In this document: piece after piece, positions 52,157 to 64,000 of the stretch | Numbering within the stretch: position 1 is the stretch's first letter | Layout: each line of letters begins with the position of its first letter | DNA from: Adineta vaga | Lineage: Eukaryota > Animalia > Rotifera | DNA: 64,000 nucleotides | Direction: 5' to 3' | Assembly (NCBI GenBank): GCA_021613535.1 | Contig: CP075492.1 | Span: 19,344,001 to 19,408,000 of the forward strand | Notes under the pieces: generated by a model | The model's input: only the letters and a program-made list of their open reading frames with translations | Told to the model about the DNA's origin: nothing | Databases searched by the model: none | Translations under genes and position numbers: made by a program

Positions 52157-55100
52157 ATGTTTTCTACAATTTATTCATTGTATTTTATTCTTTTACATTC
52201 GATTATTGCAATACCTAATCTTTATTTATATGATACAGATGTAATAAATAACAACGGTAAGAATGCACTATATTATGATTGTTTCTATGTTCATCTGGCT
52301 GAAAACGAACTTATCACATCATTTGAATCATTTTCTTATTGTATGAATGAACTATCACCAAAGTTTGATGTAGAACCTAGTGGTTATACTTCAAATTTTA
52401 CTTTTGCTGAACTTTCTGAAAGAAATATAAGCAGTGGAGATTTATATTCTTGGTTTGCACCAATTGATCTTATTGAACGTTATCAATTTTATTTAAATAA
52501 TCTTGCAATATCAAGTAATGAAATAAAAGAAGAAATTTTCTACAATTGTACAGAAAAAAGATTTGGTTTAATGTGTCAATATTACTTAAATCGAAAGTTT
52601 TATTATGGTGATGATATAACATTTTATGTGACAAATTTTTATACTGTACGACTTTTTTCAGAAACATTAACTTGTTATATCTTTATCCAATGTGATCTTC
52701 ATCCATGGAAAGTCTGTTTGGATTGGACGGATGTTTGTAACGGAAAAGTAGATTGTTTAAATGGTTCATTTGATGAAGAATATTGTTCTGAAGTAGACAT
52801 TAACGATCCAGTCTATGAACGAATAGAAACAATGTATACCGATGATAGAGACTATGGAATTCTACCATCTCTCTTAGTTGAAGATGCAAAATGTCATAAC
52901 TTAGTTCTGACAAGTTCTTGTGTCCGAGGACGTCAAGATCGGTTATTTGAAGCGACGTTGTCTATTAATGATGGTTCTATATCGTCTAATTGTTCGTCAA
53001 CATTCATATGTATCCTTTCGATGGTAGATGAGTATCTATCTTCGACTTGTAATGATTTCTGTCGGATAAGCGATTGTATAGATTGGATTGAAGATGTTTG
53101 TCCAGATATGTTCTATATATCAGTTATTCCAATTCTATTTAATAATATTTATTTTGCTTATGAGAAAACTGATGTAGTTGAATTAATAGTAGATATAGAA
53201 AATTTTCCAGAACCTTATATTTGTTATAATAATTCACTTTATGACGATTATTTTGCTGGTAATTCAATGGTATTATTTAATGGTAAAAAATGTTATCGTG
53301 GGAATATTCCACCTTCTTCTGATCGGCGACGTTCAGTTAACATCGAATATATACAATCAATATACAATATATTTAAACAATACAATTCACGTCCAACTAT
53401 CAAGTCATCTGAATCAAATCTCATATATCCTATAATCGATTGTTCTAATGATAATGAAATACCAAGTATAGACGATCTATATCCACATGATGGTGAATAT
53501 ATGTATTATTTATGTAAAAATGATACAAACAGTCGTCAACCAAAGAAACATCCTATTTTATTTCAATCAATTTGTAATCGACATACTGAATTATTACCAA
53601 AATTGATTCATGGACGAAATGAAACTGATGAAACTGAATGTGATGTTTGGCCATGTAATAATTTATATACACGTTGTAATGGATTTTGGAATTGTGTAAA
53701 TGGTGAAGATGAATTTCATTGCGTTAAATCATTGATATCAAATTGTTCTTCTAATGAATATCAATGTATTTCCATTTATACACAACGATTAATATGTTTA
53801 TCCAATAATAAAATAGATGATGGTCAAATTGATTGTCTAAATGCAGTTGATGAACGAAATGTATGTAATAAGTAATTCTTATTAGAATTTGTTTTTTTTT
53901 TCTTCATTCGATATTTTATAGAAAAGCTTTCAGCGCAATCCCTTGCGGGATTAAAATGTGAAACACGATAAATCTGTTTCTATTATTGTCAAAATCTGAA
54001 TTATCTGTGATAATTTTCATAGATAAATGAATAGAGGGTGTAAGTGAATGAGGGTGAGTATGGGTAAGCTTGAAGTGCAAATAAGCTACCCTCAACCGCG
54101 TCCACACCCTCTGCATGGGCTCATTTTTTCTGCCGGTAACACTGTGACGGGGTTGTCAGGCTCTCGCTCACGTCTGTGGGGAAGGGGGGGGGTCCAAATT
54201 TTTACCCTTAAACACTTCAACACTCTCTTTCAGATCGTACTTCACAAAATATCCAAACGATCTACATCTGAGGATAAAGTACCATGCCATCGTGGACTTC
54301 CTTTACAAATTTGGTTAGATCAGAATAAATCAAGATTAATATGTATTTGTCCACCAAGTTATTTTGGTTCACATTGTGAATTTCAAAATCAACGTGTAAG
54401 TTTATCTGTTAAATTTCAAATATTTTTAGATTCTCGACAAACTCTATTTGAAATAATCATTCAACTTATTGATGATAGTAATGAAAGAATTATTCATTCA
54501 CATATTCAATTAACTTATTTATCTGTAAGAGATTGTGAATTAATATCATATTATTATTTACTTTATTCAACACGAACAAAAGATTATGAGAAAAATTATT
54601 CAATACATATTGATATTTATGAAAAAAATACATTTAATTATCGTGGAAGTTTATCGTTTTAATTTAATAATTGATATTCCACCAATTGATTTTAATAGTC
54701 AACATTGTCCGAGAAATCATCGATGTATTCATGGAAAATGTTTGAAATATTTCAATAGTGATCAAGAAAAAAGTTTCTGTCAATGTTATTCTGGTTGGTA
54801 TGGAAAATATTGTAATATTCCATCGATTATTAAGTGCACATGTTCATCTGATTCATTATGTCTTGGTATTGATGCTTATAATCGATCAATATGTATTTGT
54901 CCTATGCATAAATTTGGACCTCGATGTTTTATCGATGAGAGAATATGTAGTTTAAATGGTAAGAGAATATGTAATAATCATGGTCAATGTATTCTACCTG
55001 ATTTAAATAAACAATTATTAGAATCGTATACATGTCTTTGTTCAAAAGGTTTTAGTGGTAAAAATTGTGAATATAAAGATAATGAAATTAATTTATCATT

Positions 55101-56691
55101 TGAAAAAAAAATTTCTTCATTAAAAACAATATTTATTCATTTTTTTCATATTGAAAAAAATCTTATAAAAAAACAATTTACTACATTTAAAACAATTTTA
55201 TCTATGAAATATTCAACTAGTATTTATTGGTCGGATTTATTTAATCTTATTTTTATGGAAGATTTGAAAAAGAATTTCTATTTACTTGCTAAACAAAGTA
55301 AAGTATTTGATAAAACAAAATTAATTAAACAAGTTCAATTAACAGATCGTTGTCCACATATAAAGGAATTATTTAATCAAACAATTGTACAATATTATCT
55401 TCTTCGACGTATGAAATATTATCATTTACTATGTCAAAATATTACATTAAATATTTCATGTTTTTATGATGATGTTCATTTATGTCTATGTTATTATTAT
55501 TATAATGGACAACGTTTAAGTAATTGTTTTCAATTTAATCATACAATGAAAGGTAGTTGTTCAAGAGAAAATGAATGTGCTAATGATGGTCAATGCTTTC
55601 AAATTGGATCAAACTGTTTGAAAAAATCGACATGTCTTTGTCATTCATGTTTTTATGGAGAACGATGTCAATTTAATACAAATGGACATAGTTTATCACT
55701 TGATACAATTCTAGCTTATCATATTCAACCATCAATTAGTTTATTTAATCAATCAAATATTATTAAAATAAGTATTGTTTTAAATCTTATCTTTTTCATA
55801 ATAGGTTTATGTAATGGTATACTTACGATGATAACATTTAAAAATGGAAATTTACGTACAACTGGTTGTGGTTTATATTTATTAGGTTCATCAATAACAA
55901 CATTGATAATAACAATTTTACTTGGATTGAAATTCTGGATTTTTATTTTGATACAAATGCATTCGGTATCAAATCGATTATTTTTACAAATTCAATGTAT
56001 TTTATTAGATTATTTTCTTCGAATATTTCTTCATATGGATCAATGGTTAAATGCATGTGTTGCTTGTGAACGAGCAATAACAATTAGTAAAGGTGCTCGT
56101 TTCATTAAAAAGAAAAGTAAACAATTCGCCAAATTAATCATTTTATTTCTTTTCATTTTCAATATTCTTACATTTATTCATGAACCCATGTATCGACATT
56201 TATTTGATGAATTTGATGAAGATGAAAATGAAAAACGTATTTGGTGTACTGTAACTTATTCATCATCGAGTTTACAAACATACAATTCTTTTATACATAC
56301 ATTTCAATTTTTTGCTCCATTTATTATTAATTTCATTTCAGCTATTATTCTTATAACAAAAAAATCTCAACAACAATCAAATATTCAACAAAAACGAAAT
56401 TTTAAAGATGTTTTACAAGAAAATTATCGACAACATAAACATTTATTTATAGCACCTGTTTTATTAGTTATTCTTGCATTACCACGTTTAATTATTTCTT
56501 ATGTATCAAAATGTATGGAATCAACTAATGATTCATGGTTATTTCTTTCAGGATATTTTGTTTCATTTATTCCAGCAATGCTTACTTTTCTTATATTTGT
56601 ATTACCATCAAAATTTTATAAACAAGAACTTCGTAAAACTATAGTTACATATCAAACGACTATAAGACGACTTTTACATACTTCAACATAA
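52157..56691 (+). pseudogene. Large LDLa/EGF-repeat rhodopsin-class GPCR, disrupted at ~53900-54230 and ~54650
   Basis: Signal peptide, LDLa motifs (CNGKVDCLNGSFDEEYC, CNGFWNCVNGEDE), EGF repeats (CQCYSGWYGKYC, CLCSKGFSGKNCE) and 7 TM helices with WLNACVACERAITI. The frame changes at ~54650. Confidence 0.85.
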
Positions 56692-57009
56692 AAAAAATAC
56701 ATCTATCTATCTATTCACATTTCAGATGAAAGATAATTCTATTAAATATTATTTTGAAAATAACTAAAACGAACAAAATGTATTGATATCAATTCTTTTT
56801 GTTTGCATATTCGCAATAAAAAATCACGTCTTTATTTGAAAATATTGCCTGTTTATTTCTGTAAAGAAAGAAAAAACTACCGAAGATCAAATAAAATTGA
56901 TTTTATTTATTCTCTATTAAGCTACGTAAAATCATTTAATGAAAACCAATTTAAAAATAAGATTTTATCAAAATTCTTCAAGCATGTAAAGGATATGTAA
57001 ATGTAGTGG

Positions 57010-57170
57010 AGCAAATCAAAACAACAATTCGAAGTACTATAACTGATGAACGTTTAAGTGATCTTTGTATTCTTGCAGTATAGAACGTGATATGGATGTG
57101 AACTTAGAAAAATTTATTGATGAATTTTCAGAGATTCATAAAAAATAGTCGAATTAAGCTTCAATAAATA
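57010..57170 (+). mobile_element. hAT transposase C-terminal dimerisation domain relic
   Basis: QIKTTIRSTITDERLSDLCILAV/ERDMDVNLEKFIDEF matches hATC (K..LRST...ERL..L..L..E.D....D...D.F), with frameshifts. Confidence 0.7.
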
Positions 57171-57706
57171 AATGTTTTTTTTCTTCAGATCTTCTGTATA
57201 TATGTAGAAAATATGACTTTTTCTCTCAATCAGTCAATATCCCCATGTCTCACCTCATGTTGATCATAAGATTACATTTTTATGATTTACTCCCTTTTCT
57301 GAAAGAAAGGGTTATAGCGTAGAAAATACGGTCAATAAAATGCTAAAAGTTTGTCCGTTTGTCCAAGCCAATCAGATTGCAGCATTTTATAACTCAAAAG
57401 AAACCTGACGCTGGTCATCAGAAAATGATTGACCAAGGGTAATCGGGGTCGAGGAGTTCGAATCTGATGTTAGTTCTATGTGATCGATTCTACCATTGTT
57501 ATCCACCTCTCTCTCCAAGATAAATATCTTAGTGAATATCTCCCTTTAAAATGGTGATAGAAACTAATGAACGGGCTGGTGTTCGTAGGGTGTATGTGCC
57601 ATTCGAATCATTTGCGAGTTCTGAGTATAGGATTTAGTAAGAAATTGATAAAAAACTGCACTTCAGGTAATTGACAGAATAGGTATCATACTTATGTCAG
57701 CTTTCT

Positions 57707-59150
57707 TTAACCCTTTCCAGCCGGCTATTTGGGAAATGCTGTACATGCAAAACGCAGGTAACGGACAGACGTTTTTTCAACTTTGAAAGATTGTATCTGG
57801 AAAACGGTAAGAGGGAAAGATCTGAAATTTTCAACAAATATGCAACTAAACAAGTTCTTTAAAAGTTCAAAGTTTGAGCCTTAACAGTTTAGCCGTTCTG
57901 ATTTTATAAAGGAAATACTAGTCGGTAACACACAGACAAAAAAGGCCCTCGATTTTCAGTGAATACGAAAGATGTGATAGATTCTGCGAACTACTCCATG
58001 CTAATGAATTTTCGTAAGAGAATATTGTGTAGTGGACCATCAGGGCTATCTATTGCTAAAAAGAAAATATAAATTACTTGAAAAATGAGTGAGTTATTGA
58101 CAAAACTTGGAGTAACGCACAGACATTTTGGTAACGCACCGACATGTATTTGCATAAAAGTTTGCTAATCTTAAAATATTATTTCTAATCTAAACATATC
58201 ACTTTAAAACATCGAAATAATAATGTTTATTTATATTTCAAGCGTTTAGCACTGATTTTTTATATTTTTGCTGACGCTTATACACGTTCTTATTAGTACA
58301 AAACGATAGAAAATTTTCACTTAAAAACGTTAAAAATTAGAGAAAAACAGTCCGTTTTGATGTTGCATCACCACGTTCGGCATTCAATGGGTGTGGGGGT
58401 GGGTTTGCGTGTGTCAGATTAAGGTTAATCTAATGCCCACCCACAACCACACCTATGTTCATAGTCACACCCACACCCTAAATTATTTGTTTCTAATATT
58501 TCTATACCTTTATGCCACATGATGAGGTAAAAGCCGCTCCATAATGATACAATTAAACTATCTTCTTGAAGGTAGAAACACAGTTTGATCGTGTTTCAAA
58601 TTTTTAATCCCGTCAGGGATTGCGATAACAGCTTTTGCTTTCATAGCATTATGACGACCTTTTTTCTTGAGATTTTCTCGATAACTCTTTTGTTTCTGAG
58701 CGACAGTGAGCTTCATATTGAGCAAATGTTTTCCAAATCAATGAGTACGATAAATTTCCTATATGACGAAAAAATCTAGAATTATTGAGAATGTAAATAA
58801 TAATGAGGTTTTCTGGAAATCCCATCAAGAACTTTTGTGTTTTTATCTTGTGTTTTATTCTCAGTAATGTAGTCAGTCATGAAAACAATGCAAACGTATA
58901 TCAGATTTAAAATTGTATCTGGAATATATGATTTATAGCTGGTTTATGTATGAATCAATATAAGTTTTTCAAACCTCGTGTCTGTGCGTTACCAAATTGC
59001 TTCGCACTGAGGCACTTGAGCCAAAAATCAATCTGTTCATTGGATAGCCCATCAGAAGTAGGCGGAGGATCAGTGTGAGTTTTAAAAGTAAACTGCTTTA
59101 GTAACACCCAAATATTTACTAAACTTGATTTTCGGTAACGTACAGACATA
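57707..59150 (+). mobile_element. Possible piggyBac-like end with repeated GGTAACGCACAGAC subterminal motifs
   Basis: TTAA|CCCTTT at 57707-57716. Motif copies at ~57757, 57924, 58110, 58130 and 59133, with an inverted copy at 58980. No right end was found. Confidence 0.4.
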
Positions 59151-59781
59151 CATTTGTTATGGTTTTTCAAAGACATTTTTCTCATAGCAGAAACAATCTG
59201 GATAAATTTTTTTAGAAATGAAAAGAAAGCCTAGCTTCTGCGCTACAAAATGATGTGAGATGTTTGATGGTTATCTCTTTTCTTCTCCCGCTGTATACAC
59301 TTCTCTTACAGCATGATGACTCATGAAATATTACTAATCGATCCACACGTTTGTTTCGTCCATATTTTTTCCTTAAATAAGCATTGACCTATAGAACAAA
59401 ACGCAGTTTCTTGTTCAGAAAAGTGAGCTCTATCTTTTGGCAAGGTTCAATATTGCTGAATTTTACCTTCTACTTCAATCATATTGGTTGACCGTTAGCC
59501 GTTTTGGCTGTCCTGTTTCAAGTATGAAATATTTTCGAGTATCGAATATTTTATTGATAAGCATTATACCTTGCAAAGCATAATTCGGACGAAAAGCGAA
59601 AGCGAGAATACATGATAAATTCTGTGTAATATTTGTCCCGTAACCAGAAAACCGAAATTTTTTCTGTGACCGTTCTTCTTAAAATATACGAAGAACCGTC
59701 AGTGAATACTCTTATCCATCGGAATATGTTCATTATCTTATCGTTCTGAAGCATAAATCGTGTGTGCTTAGCAATACAGTT

Positions 59782-61860
59782 CTAACAATGTAAAAGAACA
59801 CCGACACTCTTCACAATGGAATTGGTGGTGACTATATCAGGTTTTCTATCGTTGTTCACGTCGACGACTGCCAATGAGTATGGACCTCTGCCAGTTGCAT
59901 AATCAGTGTTAGCATAAAATGCGCCATTGCCTGTATTGAGAAGAACACTGATTGTGCTCGTACCAAAGTTGGTTGTCACTATGTCAGGTTGGCTGTCGTT
60001 GTTCACGTCGACGACTGCCACTGAGAATGGAGTACTGCCAGTTGCATAATCAGTGTTAGCAGAAAATGCGCCATTGCCTGTATTGAGAAGAACACTGACC
60101 GTGCTCGTACCACTGTTGGCGGTGACTATGTCAGGTTTGCTATCGTTGTTCACATCGACGACTGCCACTGAGATTGTACTATTGCCAGTTGTGTAATTAA
60201 TCGCAGCAGAAAATGTGCCATTGCCTGTATTGAGAAGAACACTGACCGTGCTCGCACCAAAGTTGGCGGTGACTATATCAGGTTTGCCGTCGCTGTTCAC
60301 ATCGACGGCTGCCACTGATCGTGGAGAAGTGCCAGTTGTGTAATTAGTCGAAGGAGAAAACGTGCCACTGCCAGTATTGAGAAGAACACTGACAGTGTTC
60401 GCACCATAGTTGGCGGTGACTATATCAGGTTTGCTGTCGTTGTTCACATCGACGACTGCCACTGAGTATGGACCAGCACCAGTTGCGTAATCAGTTTTAG
60501 CAGAAAATGTGCCACTGCCTGTATTGAGAAGAACACTGACCGTGCTCGCACCATTGTTGGCGGTGACTATATCAGGTTTGCCGTCGCTGTTCACATCGAC
60601 GACTGCCACTGAGTATGGCTGAGTGCCAGTTGCAAAATCAGTTTTAGCAGAAAACGTGCCATTGCCTGTGCTGAGAAGAACACTGACATTATTAGCAGCA
60701 CTGTTGGCAGTGATTATATCAGGTTTGCTATCGTTGTTCACGTCAACGACTGCTACTGAGTATGGAGCAGTGTTAGTTGTGTAAGTAGTCGCAGCAGAAA
60801 ACGTGCCACTGTCTGTACTGAGAAGAACACTGATCGTGCTCGCACCAAAGTTGGCTGTCACTATGTCAGGTTGGCTGTCGCTGTTCACATCGACGACTGC
60901 CACTGAGTATGGCTGAGTGCCAGTTGCGTAATCAGTTTTAGCAGAAAATGTGCCATTGCCTGTATTGAGAAGAACACTGACCGTGCTCGCACCATTGTTA
61001 GCGGTGACTATATCAGGTTTGCTATCGTTGTTCACATCGACGACTGCCACTGAGAATGGACCACTGCCAGTTGCATAATCAGTGTTAGCAAAAAATGTGC
61101 CATTGCCTCTATTGAGAAGAACACTGATCGTGGTCGTACCACCGTTGGCAGTGACTATATCAGGTTTGCCGTCGCTGTTCACATCGACGACTGTCACTGA
61201 GTATGGAAAAGCACCAGTTGCATAATCAGTTTTAGCAGAAAATGCGCCATTGCCTGTATTGAGAAGAACACTGACCGTGCTCGCACCAAAGTTGGCGGTG
61301 ACTATATCAGGTTTGCCGTCGCTGTTCACATCGACGACTGCCACTGATCGTGGAGAAGTGCCAGTTGTGTAATTAGTCGCAGCAGAAAATGTGCCATTGC
61401 CTGTATTGAGAAGAACACTGACTGTGCTCGTACCATAGTTAGCGGTGACTATGTCAGGTTTGCTATTGTTGTTCACATCGACGACTGCCACTGATCGTGG
61501 ACTAGTGCCAGTTGTGTAATCAGTTTTAGCAGCAAATGTGCCATTGCCTTTATTGAGAAGAATACTGACCGTGCTCGTACCACTGTTGGCGGTGACTATG
61601 TCAGGTTTGCTATCGTTGTTCACGTCGACGACTGCCACTGAGATTGTACTATTGCCAGTTGTGTAATTAGTCGCAGCAGAAAATGTGCTATTGCCTGTAT
61701 TGAGAAGAACACTGACCGTGCTAGCACCAAAGTTAGCGGTGACTATATCAGGTTTGCCGTCGCTGTTCACATCGACGGCTGCCACTGATCGTGGAGAAGT
61801 GTCAGTTGCGTACGTAAGCGTTTTGGGATATATGTCGTTGGACGCTATTGGAGAAAACAA
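59782..61860 (-). CDS. FG-GAP/VCBS-like repeat protein exon: 14 tandem 49-aa (147-bp) repeats; true start probably in an upstream exon
   Basis: Fourteen copies of SVAVVDVNxDxKPDIVTANxGxxTVSVLLNTGNGTFSAxTxYxTG in an open frame, more GC-rich than the flanks. Confidence 0.93.
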   Translation of the reverse strand: MFSPIASNDIYPKTLTYATDTSPRSVAAVDVNSDGKPDIVTANFGASTVSVLLNTGNSTFSAATNYTTGNSTISVAVVDVNNDSKPDIVTANSGTSTVSILLNKGNGTFAAKTDYTTGTSPRSVAVVDVNNNSKPDIVTANYGTSTVSVLLNTGNGTFSAATNYTTGTSPRSVAVVDVNSDGKPDIVTANFGASTVSVLLNTGNGAFSAKTDYATGAFPYSVTVVDVNSDGKPDIVTANGGTTTISVLLNRGNGTFFANTDYATGSGPFSVAVVDVNNDSKPDIVTANNGASTVSVLLNTGNGTFSAKTDYATGTQPYSVAVVDVNSDSQPDIVTANFGASTISVLLSTDSGTFSAATTYTTNTAPYSVAVVDVNNDSKPDIITANSAANNVSVLLSTGNGTFSAKTDFATGTQPYSVAVVDVNSDGKPDIVTANNGASTVSVLLNTGSGTFSAKTDYATGAGPYSVAVVDVNNDSKPDIVTANYGANTVSVLLNTGSGTFSPSTNYTTGTSPRSVAAVDVNSDGKPDIVTANFGASTVSVLLNTGNGTFSAAINYTTGNSTISVAVVDVNNDSKPDIVTANSGTSTVSVLLNTGNGAFSANTDYATGSTPFSVAVVDVNNDSQPDIVTTNFGTSTISVLLNTGNGAFYANTDYATGRGPYSLAVVDVNNDRKPDIVTTNSIVKSVGVLLHC

Positions 61861-64000
61861 AGTGTTTCTGTTGCTTTAGAATTGGTGTGCAGTGTTTGAT
61901 GGTACGAGAGGAGTTAGCACACGTTACTTTTGTGTTTCCTTGAGGTTATTCCGTAGTCGAATAGAAAGTAGAAAGAGCGTCGAAAACGCGTTGGTTTTTA
62001 CTTGTAGTTTGTCCTTTAGAAATGTACGTTGCATATTCTCGATGGTCTTGGTGGGTTGAGGGTAGTGTGTATAGGGTTTGTCGTTAGAACTCAAGTTCAG
62101 TTTACTCTGCAATCAGACTTCTAGCTTTATTCAAATGGTAAACTGATGTTATCGTGCTCTCAGTTGAACTCTAAAGGAGCTATCATTATGTGGGGTGGAG
62201 CTGTTAGACTTGTGATGGTATAGAAGTTTCGAGACTGTAGTGGTTGTCGGCGCAAAACTGTGCACAATGCCTGGTTTTAGAAGTCAGTTGCTAACGGTAG
62301 AATCAAAGATTCCGTAGATGCCACTTCGTCAACGAGAAAAGTGATTATCTAGCTGCCTTCAGTGACATATCTTCTGAATAGTTCGAGATAGAGGCTGAGT
62401 ACTGTAAGAACGAAGCATAAAGAGCTAATGTACGAAAGAAATTTGGTTCTCACAACACGTTCCGGAGATCGTGCATGTTAAAAAGCACAGTGTGATCAGA
62501 GATTGTTTTCAAGCAGTTGTTGTACAAAGGACGTAATTAAATCGTATTCTTCTGTTATGTGGCACCGGAAAAAGTTTACGAAACACGTTTTAGCTCTTTT
62601 ATGGCCATGATATTCTTCTTCTTTATACAAAGGCGCGCATTGGTCGACAGTAACTTCAGAGAACTCAGTTTTACTCAACTATGTTAAAGTCTTGTCAATG
62701 GTGGTGTTAGGAGCGATTTGATCCACCTGTTTATGTGGATAGTGAAAGAACTAGAAGATGTCTAAAATCTACCAGTAAGTCGTTTTACGCTCCCGTCACC
62801 ATGTACATTATTCTTTGACTGTCTGCCCGTATTGATCTCTGAAATGAATGGAGTACTGTTTTTCGAATACAAACTAATGTTTGATATTTTCAAGCTAGTA
62901 TCCAATGAAACAATGCTAGATCGAAGGGCATACATGAATGCGATAGATTATTTCCGGTATCTATGTGTAAGCTTTCGATGAATTGATCTGATAATGAACA
63001 AAATGTTTCGACTCAGTAGTGATGGTTCTTTCAAATCTAGTTAAAATGAATTTATACTACACTTCTCTGATGTGATGACAACAGAAAAGCGAAAAATCAC
63101 GAGGTTGTGAATGTGGTTCAAGAGATAGTTTATAGCCGCACTCAACCCTCACACTGCTGTCTCTTATTTCTCTCAAAAGTTATTTAAAAATATTCACTAA
63201 ACAGATGTTAATACAGCAGTCACATATGATAGAAAAACAGATCTGATCGATATTTTATTACTTCGATATTAATTGAAGTAGAATCAAACGGCGCAGAAAA
63301 CTAGAGCGTTGTGTTTCTATTAGACTGTACACAAAAAAGTTTCGTGAGGCTTGTTATACGATATTCAGAGATCATTGTCACTACTTTCGGATACCTCCCA
63401 ATCTCTCTGAATAAGACTTAGCCTTGAAATATACCATCTAACTTTAGAGTGCATACTGTACTGTGGGTTCAAGTTTCAGGTAAACATGTATAACTTGATG
63501 GAAAAGAGGCATGAGCGTTTATCCTTTTCAAGTTTTTTTATATCTGTCTAAGATACACTGACTGTAAAGGGTTCGAACTGAACAGTGGTTAATCACTTCA
63601 TATGGTTTCCTTGAAAGACGCCTTTAAGGAGATTGTGAGCATGCTAAAGATGTTTTTTCAACATTTTCTGCAAAGTTCAAGTAATTGTTCGAATTCGTTG
63701 CAGGCACCGGAAGGTTTTTTAGTTTCATAGCATTTACACAACTTTTTCTATTTCCTATTAAACGTTTCTGTTTTTCTATAATAGCTTATTTTTCATTATA
63801 TGGAAAGTGATAATTCTCAATATTGAAAGGATGAGTCTTAGGAACATAAAATGTTTGTTCACGTGTCAGGGGTCAAAGGCCAACGACTGAAGGTCAAAGA
63901 TCAAACTTCAAGAGAAAGGTGTGGGTGGAGCTGCGAGTGAAGGTAGGTTATGAATGAAATGTGGATATGGTTGAAGTGAGGGATATTGAATCGCGTGAAG

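Noticed and set aside
59782-61860. Regular 147-bp repeats as a CRISPR-like array
   Set aside because: The repeats are in-frame protein repeats with no unique spacers and no cas genes.
62400-63000. Short ORF 62496-62678 and nearby coding-like DNA
   Set aside because: No recognisable domain or splice structure.
360-63151. Hairpin family as a CRISPR array, tRNA-derived SINE or terminator
   Set aside because: Copies are dispersed rather than tandem, and lack A/B boxes, poly-A tails and U-tracts. The context is eukaryotic.

Overview
AT-rich (roughly 30% GC by eye) eukaryotic genomic DNA with short GT-AG introns. The gene families (FG-GAP, NHL, LDLa/EGF-GPCR, astacin plus PPC-like domains, bacterial-type SDR) and the TGTGGG/TGAGGG repeats point to a bdelloid rotifer (inference). 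Apparently intact genes: a cytochrome P450, an astacin protease, a UBE2D-like E2, an EF-hand protein, a bacterial-like SDR, a VIT-vWA protein, two secreted Cys-rich peptide precursors and a 14-repeat FG-GAP protein. Decayed or fragmentary genes: UBC variant, Kelch, tautomerase, JmjN/JmjC, SKP1, F-box, FG-GAP pieces, an NHL gene and an LDLa/EGF-GPCR. Mobile DNA: a 3.84-kb pogo-like element with ~600-bp TIRs, mariner and hAT MITEs, a 540-bp fold-back palindrome and several HINE/DINE-1-like elements. The most striking unexplained signal is a family of about 20 short (45-100 bp) hairpins built from inverted telomere-like hexamers (TTGAGGGTGTGGGTG-spacer-CACCCACACCCTCAAG). They typically recur every 1-4 kb, share an oriented spacer motif, and several sit at the junctions of truncated gene fragments. 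All calls were made by eye without database searches, so exon coordinates may be off by a few bases.
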